In this document: positions 6,587 through 14,244 of the stretch, one piece after another
How the letters are laid out: every line of letters starts with the position of its first letter
Numbering within the stretch: the first letter of the stretch is position 1
From: an uncultured Verrucomicrobiota bacterium
GTDB taxonomy: Bacteria > Verrucomicrobiota > Verrucomicrobiia > Limisphaerales > Palsa-1400
Assembly: GCA_964558455.1 (NCBI GenBank)
Contig: CAZLEE010000067.1
Coordinates: forward strand, 1 to 20,382
Direction of reading: 5' to 3'
DNA length: 20,382 bases
The notes under the pieces: generated by a model
The model's input: the letters and a program-made list of their open reading frames with translations, nothing else
Told to the model about the DNA's origin: nothing
The model's database searches: none
Made by a program: the position numbers and the translations under genes

Positions 6587-8590
6587 CTAACTCTTGGGTT
6601 TGGCTGGTGCTGCTTCTGTTGCGGCGGGTGCGTTCAGAGATTTGGCAAACATCCCCGTCAATGTCGCCATCAATCCGTTAGCGGCGTTCCCATCGCCATT
6701 TCCACCCGTCACCAGGATGTTGGGCATGAAGGGTACGGTGCCGCGGGAGAGCACGTCGGCCACGTTGACCAAGGCGGTTTGGGCCTGGCCAAGAGCAGAA
6801 ACCTGTTCTTTGTACGCTTTGGCTTTGGCCAATCCGACCGCTTCCACTTCGGCGGCTTTGGCGGCGCCGGTGCGGGAGGTGAAGGTGGCCTCGCCATCGG
6901 CTTCGGCTTTGCGGGCCTTGGCATTGTTTTCCTTGATGGAAATCTCGACTTCCGAGCGCGCCAGCGGGCTTTGCATATCAGCGGTGCCCTTGGCTTTTTC
7001 CATTGCCACGCGGCCCTTCTGGGCTTCCTCCTGTTTTTGGAACGTGGCGATTTGTTGATTGGCAATCTCGCGTTCGGTCAGCACCCTGACCAGGTCTTCC
7101 GGCAAAATGACGTCCTGGATGTAAACGCCGCGCGTTTCAACGTCATATTGGGCCAGTTGAGCTTGAATGTGTTTGAAAGCTTCCTGCTGAACTTCCTGGC
7201 GAGTCTCGATGAATTGGATGGCATGCATGGACCCCAACTTGTCGCGAAAAAGGTTGCCCACGGCGGCCTGAAGCACATCGTCCACAAGGTTCTTCATGGT
7301 TCCCACCATCGAGATGACCTTGGGCGCCTTGGTGTCGGGCACATGGATGAGGACCTGCAAATCAATTTTGAAAACGAATCCTTCGTCGCTCTTGGCGACA
7401 ATGGGCTGGAGGTTTTTGTCCAGGCCATGAGCGCCGGTGACTTCGGCGGCCCAATCCAGCTTGAGGATGGCCGTCGGCACAACCTCTGCCTTGTAGATGC
7501 GCGGATTGATGGCGTACTTGCCGGTACGCAACGGGTCTTCCCAAAGACCGCGATGGCCCGGTTTGACCAACGAACCAAATTTGAAGTTCGGTCCGGAGGT
7601 GTCTTGCGTGACCAGTCCGACGTAGGCTTTGATGGCAGCAGCTTCACCCTGTTTGACCACCAGCATGGGGACGGTTTCCACCCGCACCAGGAATGGGTTC
7701 AGAGTGTAGGCCCCGTAGCGGAGGACATCGTGCTGCAAACCCATTTTCCCGCCGGCATTCAGGAAGGCCTGGAAGTCTTGGTAATTATTGTGAGACGCAT
7801 TTTTATCGCCTAACAGCACTTCGATGAGCTTCTGGTCGTCAGCACCCTCCAGTTCGAGCTTTTCCATGTCTCCAAACCCGCCCAGACGACTGGCAATGTG
7901 ACCGGACTCAAGGGGATCACCTTCGAGCGTCGTGACCACGCCCACCACATCGAGCTTTTCCTCGCTGCCCTGCTGTAATTGCGGTTCGACCCGGAACACA
8001 TCAAGTTGTCTGGGTTCGAGATTGAAGGAGGCGGGCGTCAGCCTTTCATCTCTTCCCTCGAACGCCTGAAGATCGCGAGAAATGGGAAGCCCGAAGACTT
8101 TGTTCTTGGTGATGACCAGGAACGCAACCGGGTGAATGGGCAAAAGACTGCCAGGAGCCAGAACCGGACGTTGAACCCCTTTTTCGCCCTCGTTACTGAT
8201 GAAGCCGGGGAGGTCCGTGAAGTTCCCAAATTCCTTTTTATAGCGGGCGGACTTCGCCCCGGCAGGCAAGGTTTTGCCGACTTGGGCAATCAGGACACCG
8301 ATTTCGTTGGCCGGCACCTGGACCCAGGGAAATTTTTCCACTTTGTATAGGAACCACCATTTGAAACGTACACCCGGCATCAGGAGTTCCGCCTGATAAC
8401 CGGCCTCACCTTGGAACGCAACAGGATTGTCGGTTGGCAGCTTGTGGCCGAACCGCTTCATGACCAGACCGACTTCCGCCGGTCCAACGATGCGAATGGA
8501 CTTCCAGACAGTCAAAAATATCAACACGGCCAGCGCCGTAATTTCCAAGGCCAGGATGGGATGGGCCATCAGAATTGGCATAATGGGCAT
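6587..8590 (-). CDS. Flotillin-family SPFH/band-7 domain membrane protein. ATG start at 8590; the ORF track begins at an upstream in-frame TTG at 8680.
   Basis: The ORF is 667-697 aa. It has an N-terminal hydrophobic hairpin (PILALEITALAVLIFLTVW), an SPFH domain (EVGLVMKRFG...VPANEIGVLIAQVGK...) and a long charged coiled-coil region (QQIATFQKQEEAQKGRVAMEKAKG..., ARKAEADGEA..., AKAKAYKEQVSALGQAQ) typical of flotillin/YqiK-like proteins. The sequence MPIMPILM immediately precedes the membrane hairpin, which makes ATG 8590 the more plausible start. Confidence 0.85.
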   Translation of the reverse strand: MPIMPILMAHPILALEITALAVLIFLTVWKSIRIVGPAEVGLVMKRFGHKLPTDNPVAFQGEAGYQAELLMPGVRFKWWFLYKVEKFPWVQVPANEIGVLIAQVGKTLPAGAKSARYKKEFGNFTDLPGFISNEGEKGVQRPVLAPGSLLPIHPVAFLVITKNKVFGLPISRDLQAFEGRDERLTPASFNLEPRQLDVFRVEPQLQQGSEEKLDVVGVVTTLEGDPLESGHIASRLGGFGDMEKLELEGADDQKLIEVLLGDKNASHNNYQDFQAFLNAGGKMGLQHDVLRYGAYTLNPFLVRVETVPMLVVKQGEAAAIKAYVGLVTQDTSGPNFKFGSLVKPGHRGLWEDPLRTGKYAINPRIYKAEVVPTAILKLDWAAEVTGAHGLDKNLQPIVAKSDEGFVFKIDLQVLIHVPDTKAPKVISMVGTMKNLVDDVLQAAVGNLFRDKLGSMHAIQFIETRQEVQQEAFKHIQAQLAQYDVETRGVYIQDVILPEDLVRVLTEREIANQQIATFQKQEEAQKGRVAMEKAKGTADMQSPLARSEVEISIKENNAKARKAEADGEATFTSRTGAAKAAEVEAVGLAKAKAYKEQVSALGQAQTALVNVADVLSRGTVPFMPNILVTGGNGDGNAANGLMATLTGMFAKSLNAPAATEAAPAKPKS

Positions 8591-8802
8591 AAAAGATTTC
8601 TTTTCTGTTGAGTGGTCTGCATCGTGATCTGTGCGGGATTTTGGGCTGATTTCGGGCTCTTGCAAGCGTTTTTCGCTCAAGAGCTACATACCGCTGGTCG
8701 TTCGCAAAGGCGAGGCGGTCTCGCAGAATACCGGCAGAGCCGTGTTCGTTTATGGTCTTTGCGATGAGCGCAATAGCCCGTCCGAGGGGTCACCCATGGC
8801 AT

Positions 8803-8870
8803 GGTTCGTTTCTGTTGACTAAAGAGCGTAAAAAGTTATAAGCCAACTATGCCGCGAAAGTTGCGGGTCT
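8803..8870 (+). repeat. Copy B of the same ~70-bp element. It reads GGTTCGTTT...TTGACT-N16-TATAAG...ATGCCGCGAAAGTTGCGGG.
   Basis: The -35 TTGACT is at 8815-8820 and the -10 TATAAG is at 8837-8842 with a 16-bp spacer. It is in direct orientation relative to copy A, 2362 bp away. It lies about 400 nt upstream of lysS and 125-280 nt upstream (on the opposite strand) of the flotillin start. Confidence 0.7.
8815..8842 (+). promoter_or_regulatory. Near-consensus sigma70-type promoter (TTGACT-16-TATAAG) oriented towards lysS
   Basis: The hexamers match 6/6 and 5/6 of the TTGACA/TATAAT consensus with near-optimal spacing. A twin promoter in copy A (6455-6482) points antisense into the flotillin gene. 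Confidence 0.45.
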
Positions 8871-9135
8871 GAGCTTCCGTCCGCCATCCGCCCTATCAGA
8901 CCTATTCGTTGTGTTTACCCTATTCTTCCGCCCCTCCCGCGCTGTCCGCCAGATAATACTTTTCGCAAAATATTTTCAAATGTCTTTTTACTATCAAATA
9001 CACTAGTTGTGGTTTTAGTCTAACGAATATTTAAAACCATGAACTCAAACCAAACGCCCCAGCCAGCCATTGTTCCCGGTTTCTGTTTTCTGCTTTCCCA
9101 ATTTCTGCTTTTCCCGCCGCCTTTTCCCATTCCGA

Positions 9136-9175
9136 TTTCAGCGTTTCAGCGTTTCAGGATTTCAGCGTTTCGCCC
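9136..9175. repeat. Tandem octamer repeat (TTTCAGCG) x about 5 in the lysS 5' region
   Basis: The repeat reads cgaTTTCAGCG TTTCAGCG TTTCAGGA TTTCAGCG TTTCGCCC. It is preceded (9078-9132) by phased TTTCTG(C)/TTTTCCC T-tracts. Confidence 0.8.
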
Positions 9176-9251
9176 CCTCCCACCCTTCCGCCTTTCATTT
9201 CGGACGCGGACTTTGTAGCATCGACCTGAATTAAGAGATTGAGAGATTATT

Positions 9252-11132
9252 GTGGCAACGAATCCTTTGATAGAAATACGCAACGGTCGTGTCGGCAAAG
9301 CCGACGCGCTTCGCACCCTTGGCCTTAACCCCTATCCGTCGCGCAGCAAACGCACCCATTACGCCAAAACCATCCTGACCGATTTCGACAAGCTGAATGG
9401 GCAGGTCGTCACCGTGGCGGGCCGCCTGCTCTCATGGCGAAAACAGGGCGCCTTGGCCTTCGCCCATTTGCAGGACCAAACCGGCAAACTCCAATTATTC
9501 CTGCGCAAAAATCTGGTGCAGCCCACCCAGCCCGACACCGCCACCCTCGGCTATGCCAATATAAACCTGCTCGACATCGGCGACATTGTCGAAGCCACCG
9601 GCAAGGTCATTCGCACCGAACGCGGGGAAATTTCCGTCCTGGTTGAAACCCTCCGCATCCTGACCAAGGCCATCCGCCCGCTGCCGAGCCAATGGTCGGG
9701 CTTGAAAGATCGCGAACAGGTTTTGCGCAAACGCTACCTCGATTCCATCCTGGAACCGGAATCATTCGTCCGATTCGGCGTCATCAGCAAAATGGTGGCC
9801 GACATCCGCACCTTCCTGAACGAACGCGGTTTCATGGAGTTTCAAACCCCCATCGTCCAACCCCAATACGGCGGCGGCACGGCCAAACCTTTCAAAACCC
9901 ACGTCAACGCCCTCGGCTCCGAAATGTACCTCGCCATTTCGCACGAGCTTTACCTGAAACGGCTCGTCGTCGCCGGGTTCGACAAGGTCTATACCATCGG
10001 ACGCTACTTCCGCAACGAAGGGATGGACCGCAGCCATCATCCCGAATTCTCCATGGTCGAAACCATGGCGGCCTACGAGAACTACGAATACAACATGAAC
10101 CTGATCGAGGACATGTTCCGCCACATCGCCACCAATGTTTTTGGCCGGACGGAATTTGACGTGCGCGGGCACAAGGTTGATTTTGCCAAACCGTGGCGGC
10201 GCATCAGCATGTGCGACGCGGTGCAGGAAAAAACCGGCATCGATTTCCGAACCTGCCCCTCGGTGGAGGCGGCCAACGCCCATCTCGCCGCCTTGGGCGT
10301 CAAAGAATCACAACCCAGCATCGGCGAGGCCCTGGTCAGCGCCTTTGAAGCCACGGTGGAAAAGGATTTGATCCAGCCGACATTGGTTTTTGGACACCCG
10401 ATTGAAATTTCGCCCCTGGCCAAACCCATGGCTGCGGACCCCCGCTTTGTGGAGCGTTTCGAAATTTTCATCGCCGGCATGGAGTGCGGCGATAATTGGT
10501 CCGAACAAAACGACCCCGTGCGCCTGCTCGAAACGTGGCGCAAATCCTATCACGCCGACGAACGCGACGCGGGAAAATTCCACACCCTGGACTTCGATTT
10601 CCTTGAAGCGCTTGAATACGGCATGCCGCCCACCACCGGTATCGGCCCCGGCATTGAACGCATGGCGATGATCTTCACCGGTCAGGAAAATATTGATGAC
10701 GTCATCTTTTTCCCCATGATGCGCCCCTCCATTTCGCCCTTGAACGCGGCCATTTACGGCGTGCCCGAAAATTCCGCCGCCCCCGTGGACGACCTTGCTC
10801 TTTCCTTTGATGAGTTTGAGGCCCTTTGCGCCGCCGGGTCGCTCAAACCGGCCACCCGCAATCTCCTGGTCAAACCGCACCTGCGCGTCTGGAAAACAAC
10901 CGCCGCCGGCGGCAAATCCGCCGTCTCGGCCCACGCTGAAATCGAGGGCTTCCTGCCCAACGGCGTGTTGCGCGTCGCCGGCTGCAAAATCCAGCCCGCC
11001 GAAATTTCGTCTGAGGACGACCAGAAAAAAATCTCCGATTTCCTGGAAAAATCGTGGGGAACATTCCTCCACAAAAAATTCCCGGACTGCGAATCCATCG
11101 TGTCTCTGGCCACGGTGTTGGGCCAGGGCTGA
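9252..11132 (+). CDS. lysS: Lysyl-tRNA synthetase, class II, with a C-terminal extension of about 130 aa
   Basis: The 626-aa ORF has a GTG start. It carries the anticodon-binding OB fold (VTVAGRLLSWRKQGALAFAHLQDQTGKLQLF), class II motif 2 (YTIGRYFRNEGMDRSHHPEFSMVE) and motif 3 (GMPPTTGIGPGIERMAMIFTGQENIDDVIFFPMMRP). After the canonical end of the enzyme there is a tail with no recognisable motifs. Confidence 0.93.
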   Translation: MATNPLIEIRNGRVGKADALRTLGLNPYPSRSKRTHYAKTILTDFDKLNGQVVTVAGRLLSWRKQGALAFAHLQDQTGKLQLFLRKNLVQPTQPDTATLGYANINLLDIGDIVEATGKVIRTERGEISVLVETLRILTKAIRPLPSQWSGLKDREQVLRKRYLDSILEPESFVRFGVISKMVADIRTFLNERGFMEFQTPIVQPQYGGGTAKPFKTHVNALGSEMYLAISHELYLKRLVVAGFDKVYTIGRYFRNEGMDRSHHPEFSMVETMAAYENYEYNMNLIEDMFRHIATNVFGRTEFDVRGHKVDFAKPWRRISMCDAVQEKTGIDFRTCPSVEAANAHLAALGVKESQPSIGEALVSAFEATVEKDLIQPTLVFGHPIEISPLAKPMAADPRFVERFEIFIAGMECGDNWSEQNDPVRLLETWRKSYHADERDAGKFHTLDFDFLEALEYGMPPTTGIGPGIERMAMIFTGQENIDDVIFFPMMRPSISPLNAAIYGVPENSAAPVDDLALSFDEFEALCAAGSLKPATRNLLVKPHLRVWKTTAAGGKSAVSAHAEIEGFLPNGVLRVAGCKIQPAEISSEDDQKKISDFLEKSWGTFLHKKFPDCESIVSLATVLGQG

Positions 11133-11135
11133 TCT

Positions 11136-11915
11136 TTATTTGGCCCCGATTGCGGCCGGCGGCATCCCCGGCAAGTGCCATGCCTCCCGCAGCCGCGCAT
11201 ATTCGGGTTGGGGCAGTTGCACCAAAATCGGATGAGCCTGCGCGTCCAGCCAGGCCACCACGGTTTCAATGTCGCTTTCGCTCATGGCCGTGCAACCGGT
11301 GGTTCCGTGTTCCGGCCCAAGCCAGATATGCATAAAGACGCACGACCCGCCCCCCGGCACAGGCGGCGACGTATTATGTTCAATCACCACGCCCAGGCGA
11401 TACTGCCCGTTGCTCATTCTCATTTTTTCCGAACTGGTCCAGTCGGGTTTCGGCACGGAAGAGCGTTCCAGGACCCGGTTGTAACTGGCGGATTTTGGGT
11501 CGTCCACACATTCCAGGGTTCCGGTGCATTGGGTGTAGGGCATTTTTAGCGCGCCCATTTTTTCCAAAGGCGCGTAGCCAAAAGTGGCAAGCAATTGGAA
11601 TGCGCCGGCGGGAGACTTGCGGTCGCCTTCCTTCTTTTGCGGCCCCGGTTCGGGCATGGGATGCACCCCGGCGCCCCATCCCATTCCATTCCGGCCCACC
11701 ACAATTTGAATCGACGGTCCGACCGCCTGCCACAAATTGCTGTTCAACTCAAAGCGCTGCAGGCGGCCCCCGACGGCCTGCCAGTCCTTGGTTACAACCA
11801 AAATCATTTGCCGCGGCGGTTGCGGCGTGGTGAAAGCCGGCAGGCCGGTTCCGGCCCCGGCCAGCGGCGCCAGCAACAAGACCGGGCCGGCCAAAGTAAA
11901 AAATCGCATTTTCAT
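11136..11915 (-). CDS. Secreted L,D-transpeptidase-like (YkuD-fold) protein
   Basis: The ORF is 259 aa with an N-terminal signal peptide (MKMRFFTLAGPVLLLAPLAGAG). Its C-terminal region GGGSCVFMHIWLGPEHGTTGCTAMSESDIETVVAWL fits the catalytic signature of L,D-transpeptidases (H...(S/T)xGC). The gene ends 3 nt after the lysS stop on the opposite strand. Confidence 0.6.
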   Translation of the reverse strand: MKMRFFTLAGPVLLLAPLAGAGTGLPAFTTPQPPRQMILVVTKDWQAVGGRLQRFELNSNLWQAVGPSIQIVVGRNGMGWGAGVHPMPEPGPQKKEGDRKSPAGAFQLLATFGYAPLEKMGALKMPYTQCTGTLECVDDPKSASYNRVLERSSVPKPDWTSSEKMRMSNGQYRLGVVIEHNTSPPVPGGGSCVFMHIWLGPEHGTTGCTAMSESDIETVVAWLDAQAHPILVQLPQPEYARLREAWHLPGMPPAAIGAK

Positions 11916-12127
11916 TCTCTTTCAGTTGACGACTGAACCCATTATAACGCAAGCTGTAACACAGGTGAGCAACAAGGATAGAGATTTGTATTATTTGTTC
12001 CCCGGCCAAGGCCGGGGAAAACGGAGGCAGTTTATTCATTTGGCGGTGGCGTTCATCGTGGGACTGGGCGCGGCCGGGGCAATAGCGGCGCTCTGCTACT
12101 GGTACTCCAACAAGGGACCATAAAGCC

Positions 12128-12925
12128 ATGGCCATCCTTACGGTGACCGGCCTGACCGTCCAGCGCGGCGGCTCCGTCATTCTTGATCGTATCCGCTGGC
12201 AGGTCATGTCCGGGGAGCATTGGGCCATTCTGGGCGCGAACGGTTCCGGCAAAACATCCCTCCTCAGCGCGTTGACCGGTTATTTGACTCCGACGGACGG
12301 CGAGGTGGAGTTGTTATCGCATCGCTACGGCGCCGCCGATTGGCGGGAGTTGCGCAAGAGAGTCGGTCTGGTCAGCTCAACCGTCCGGCAAAAGATACCG
12401 GAAGACGAACCGGCGCTCGAGACGGTCATCAGCGGACGCCAGGCCATGATTGGTTTTTGGGGGCGCATAACCGCATCGGATCGAAAACGCGGTCTGGCCA
12501 TTCTCAAGGATATCGGGTGCGCGGACTTGGCGGACCGGCCCTGGCTTTACCTTTCGCAAGGGGAACGACAGCGCCTTCTGATCGGCCGCGCCCTCATGGC
12601 GCGCCCGGCGTTGCTGATCCTGGATGAGCCGTGTTCCGGGCTTGATCCGGTCGCGCGGGAACAATTCCTGCAATTCCTGCAAAACCTGGGGCATTCCCCC
12701 AAACCACCCGCGATGGTGCTGGTCACTCATCATACCGAGGAAATCATCCCCGTCTTCTCGCACGTCTTGGTTCTGCGCCAGGGCCGCGTCCTCGCGGCCG
12801 GGGAACGAAGGAAAACGCTGACCTCCCCCATCCTATCGCGCGCCTTCAACGCCGACATTCGTTTGACAAGGAGAAATGACCGCTACCGGATTGAAATCCG
12901 CCGCAAAAGCAAAAAGCCGATGTGA
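12128..12925 (+). CDS. ABC transporter ATP-binding protein (orphan ATPase with no adjacent permease)
   Basis: The ORF is 265 aa. It has Walker A GANGSGKTS, the ABC signature LSQGERQR, Walker B LLILDEP and an H-loop LVTHH. Confidence 0.9.
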   Translation: MAILTVTGLTVQRGGSVILDRIRWQVMSGEHWAILGANGSGKTSLLSALTGYLTPTDGEVELLSHRYGAADWRELRKRVGLVSSTVRQKIPEDEPALETVISGRQAMIGFWGRITASDRKRGLAILKDIGCADLADRPWLYLSQGERQRLLIGRALMARPALLILDEPCSGLDPVAREQFLQFLQNLGHSPKPPAMVLVTHHTEEIIPVFSHVLVLRQGRVLAAGERRKTLTSPILSRAFNADIRLTRRNDRYRIEIRRKSKKPM

Positions 12926-13159
12926 TCAGTCCCGCCGCGACCAATAATATACCCCGGCCATGATGCCGACGGCCGCGACGCTCATCCAGAAAGCGGACTG
13001 AATCAAAAAAGTAATGGCGATCAGCCCGACGCCTCCGAAAAGCGGCGGACCTGAGCGTTGTTTTTTTCCGTAAATCCAGAATCCGGCCCCCACCGCGCTC
13101 CAAAACATCGAGACAAAGAGGTAGCTCGTGTCGAGTTTGAATGGAAAAATGTTCTCCAT
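12926..13159 (-). CDS. Small two-helix membrane protein of unknown function
   Basis: The 77-aa ORF has an ATG start. It contains two hydrophobic segments (YLFVSMFWSAVGAGFWIY and GGVGLIAITFLIQSAFWMSVAAVGIMAGVYYW). It begins immediately downstream of fbaB on the same strand, so co-transcription is possible. Confidence 0.5.
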   Translation of the reverse strand: MENIFPFKLDTSYLFVSMFWSAVGAGFWIYGKKQRSGPPLFGGVGLIAITFLIQSAFWMSVAAVGIMAGVYYWSRRD

Positions 13160-13278
13160 AGCCGGATCAACACCATGAAAAAGCCGCGTCCAGGTTGATC
13201 AAATCAACCCGTCCCGCGGCAGGCAAAGGCCTGGAACCCATCCCCGGTTCAGGAGACGGGTTCCATGAGCTTGAAAGT

Positions 13279-14196
13279 TTATTTCCCGTAGATGGAAATG
13301 ATCTTGCCGAGAAACTTGACGGCATCATCGTGTTTCCGTTGGAAAGAATTCCGGCCCATGATGGACCCAAACCCGCCGCCGTCGTGAATGGCGGTCACCT
13401 CTTGGAACACCGCTTCATCGCTGTTGGTCGCGCCGCCCGAGAAAATGACAATGCGGCGGCCATTGAAGGCGCATTGCACAACGTGGCGGACGCGTTCGGT
13501 GAGGCTGGAAATCGGGATTTTTTCCTTCTCATACACCTTCTTGGCCGCTTCCTGTTCCAAATCGGACGTGGGAAGTTTGACCTTGATGATGTGCGCGCCC
13601 AACTCGGCGGCAATGTGTGCGGCATAACCGGCCACATCCATGGCGGTCTCGCCTTTCTTGCTCAGGGTGGAACCGCGCGGATAAGACCACACGACCACGA
13701 CCAGGCCGTTTTTCTTGGCCTCGGCGGCGGCGGTGCGCAGTTGCTCATACATCCTCACGCGCTCACACGAGCCGGGATAAATGGTGAACCCGATCGCGGC
13801 GCAACCCAGACGCACCGCGTCGGCAACGCTGCTGGTCAGCGCGGGCAGGGGATCCTTCTCGTCATAGAGCAGGTCGTGATTGTTGATCTTGAGAATCAAT
13901 GGAACCTCGCCGGCAAACTCGCGCGCGCCCGCCTCAATGAATCCGAGAGGCGCGGCAAAGGCGTTGCACCCGGCATCCATGGCCAGTTGAAAATGGTAGC
14001 GCGGGTCGTAGCCCGGAGGATTAACCGCAAAACTGCGCGCCGGTCCGTGTTCGAATCCTTGGTCCACGGGAAGAATAACCAATCGGCCCGTGCCGGCGAG
14101 TGCGCCGTGATTGAGCAAACGGGCCAGGTTGGTCAACGTTCCGGGATTATCGCTGCCGTACCAACTCAGTATCTCTTTTACTTTTGGAGTATTCAT
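13279..14196 (-). CDS. fbaB: Class I fructose-bisphosphate aldolase (FbaB/DhnA type)
   Basis: The 305-aa ORF closely matches the E. coli FbaB core: LAGTGRLVILPVDQGFEHGPARSFAVNP, AMDAGCNAFAA, LILKINNH, AAIGFTIY and VVVWSYPRG. The ATG at 14196 was confirmed. Confidence 0.9.
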   Translation of the reverse strand: MNTPKVKEILSWYGSDNPGTLTNLARLLNHGALAGTGRLVILPVDQGFEHGPARSFAVNPPGYDPRYHFQLAMDAGCNAFAAPLGFIEAGAREFAGEVPLILKINNHDLLYDEKDPLPALTSSVADAVRLGCAAIGFTIYPGSCERVRMYEQLRTAAAEAKKNGLVVVVWSYPRGSTLSKKGETAMDVAGYAAHIAAELGAHIIKVKLPTSDLEQEAAKKVYEKEKIPISSLTERVRHVVQCAFNGRRIVIFSGGATNSDEAVFQEVTAIHDGGGFGSIMGRNSFQRKHDDAVKFLGKIISIYGK

Positions 14197-14244
14197 TTTC
14201 TGTTTTTACTTTCTGCTTGGGGTTTAAAAACGCCCCTGGCCAGG

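Noticed and set aside
6512-7813. 433-aa plus-strand ORF antisense to flotillin
   Set aside because: Its translation is Gly/Phe/Leu-rich low complexity with no motifs. The flotillin reading on the other strand is well supported.
8590-8680. 30-aa N-terminal extension of flotillin from the TTG at 8680
   Set aside because: The ATG at 8590 immediately precedes the membrane hairpin, as in flotillins. The extension is charged and unconserved-looking, and it would overlap element B's flank. It is kept only as an alternative start.
8873-9251. T-box or lysine riboswitch in the lysS leader
   Set aside because: No T-box consensus (AATTAGGGTGGNACCGCG) or L-box features are visible. lysS is not a typical riboswitch target.
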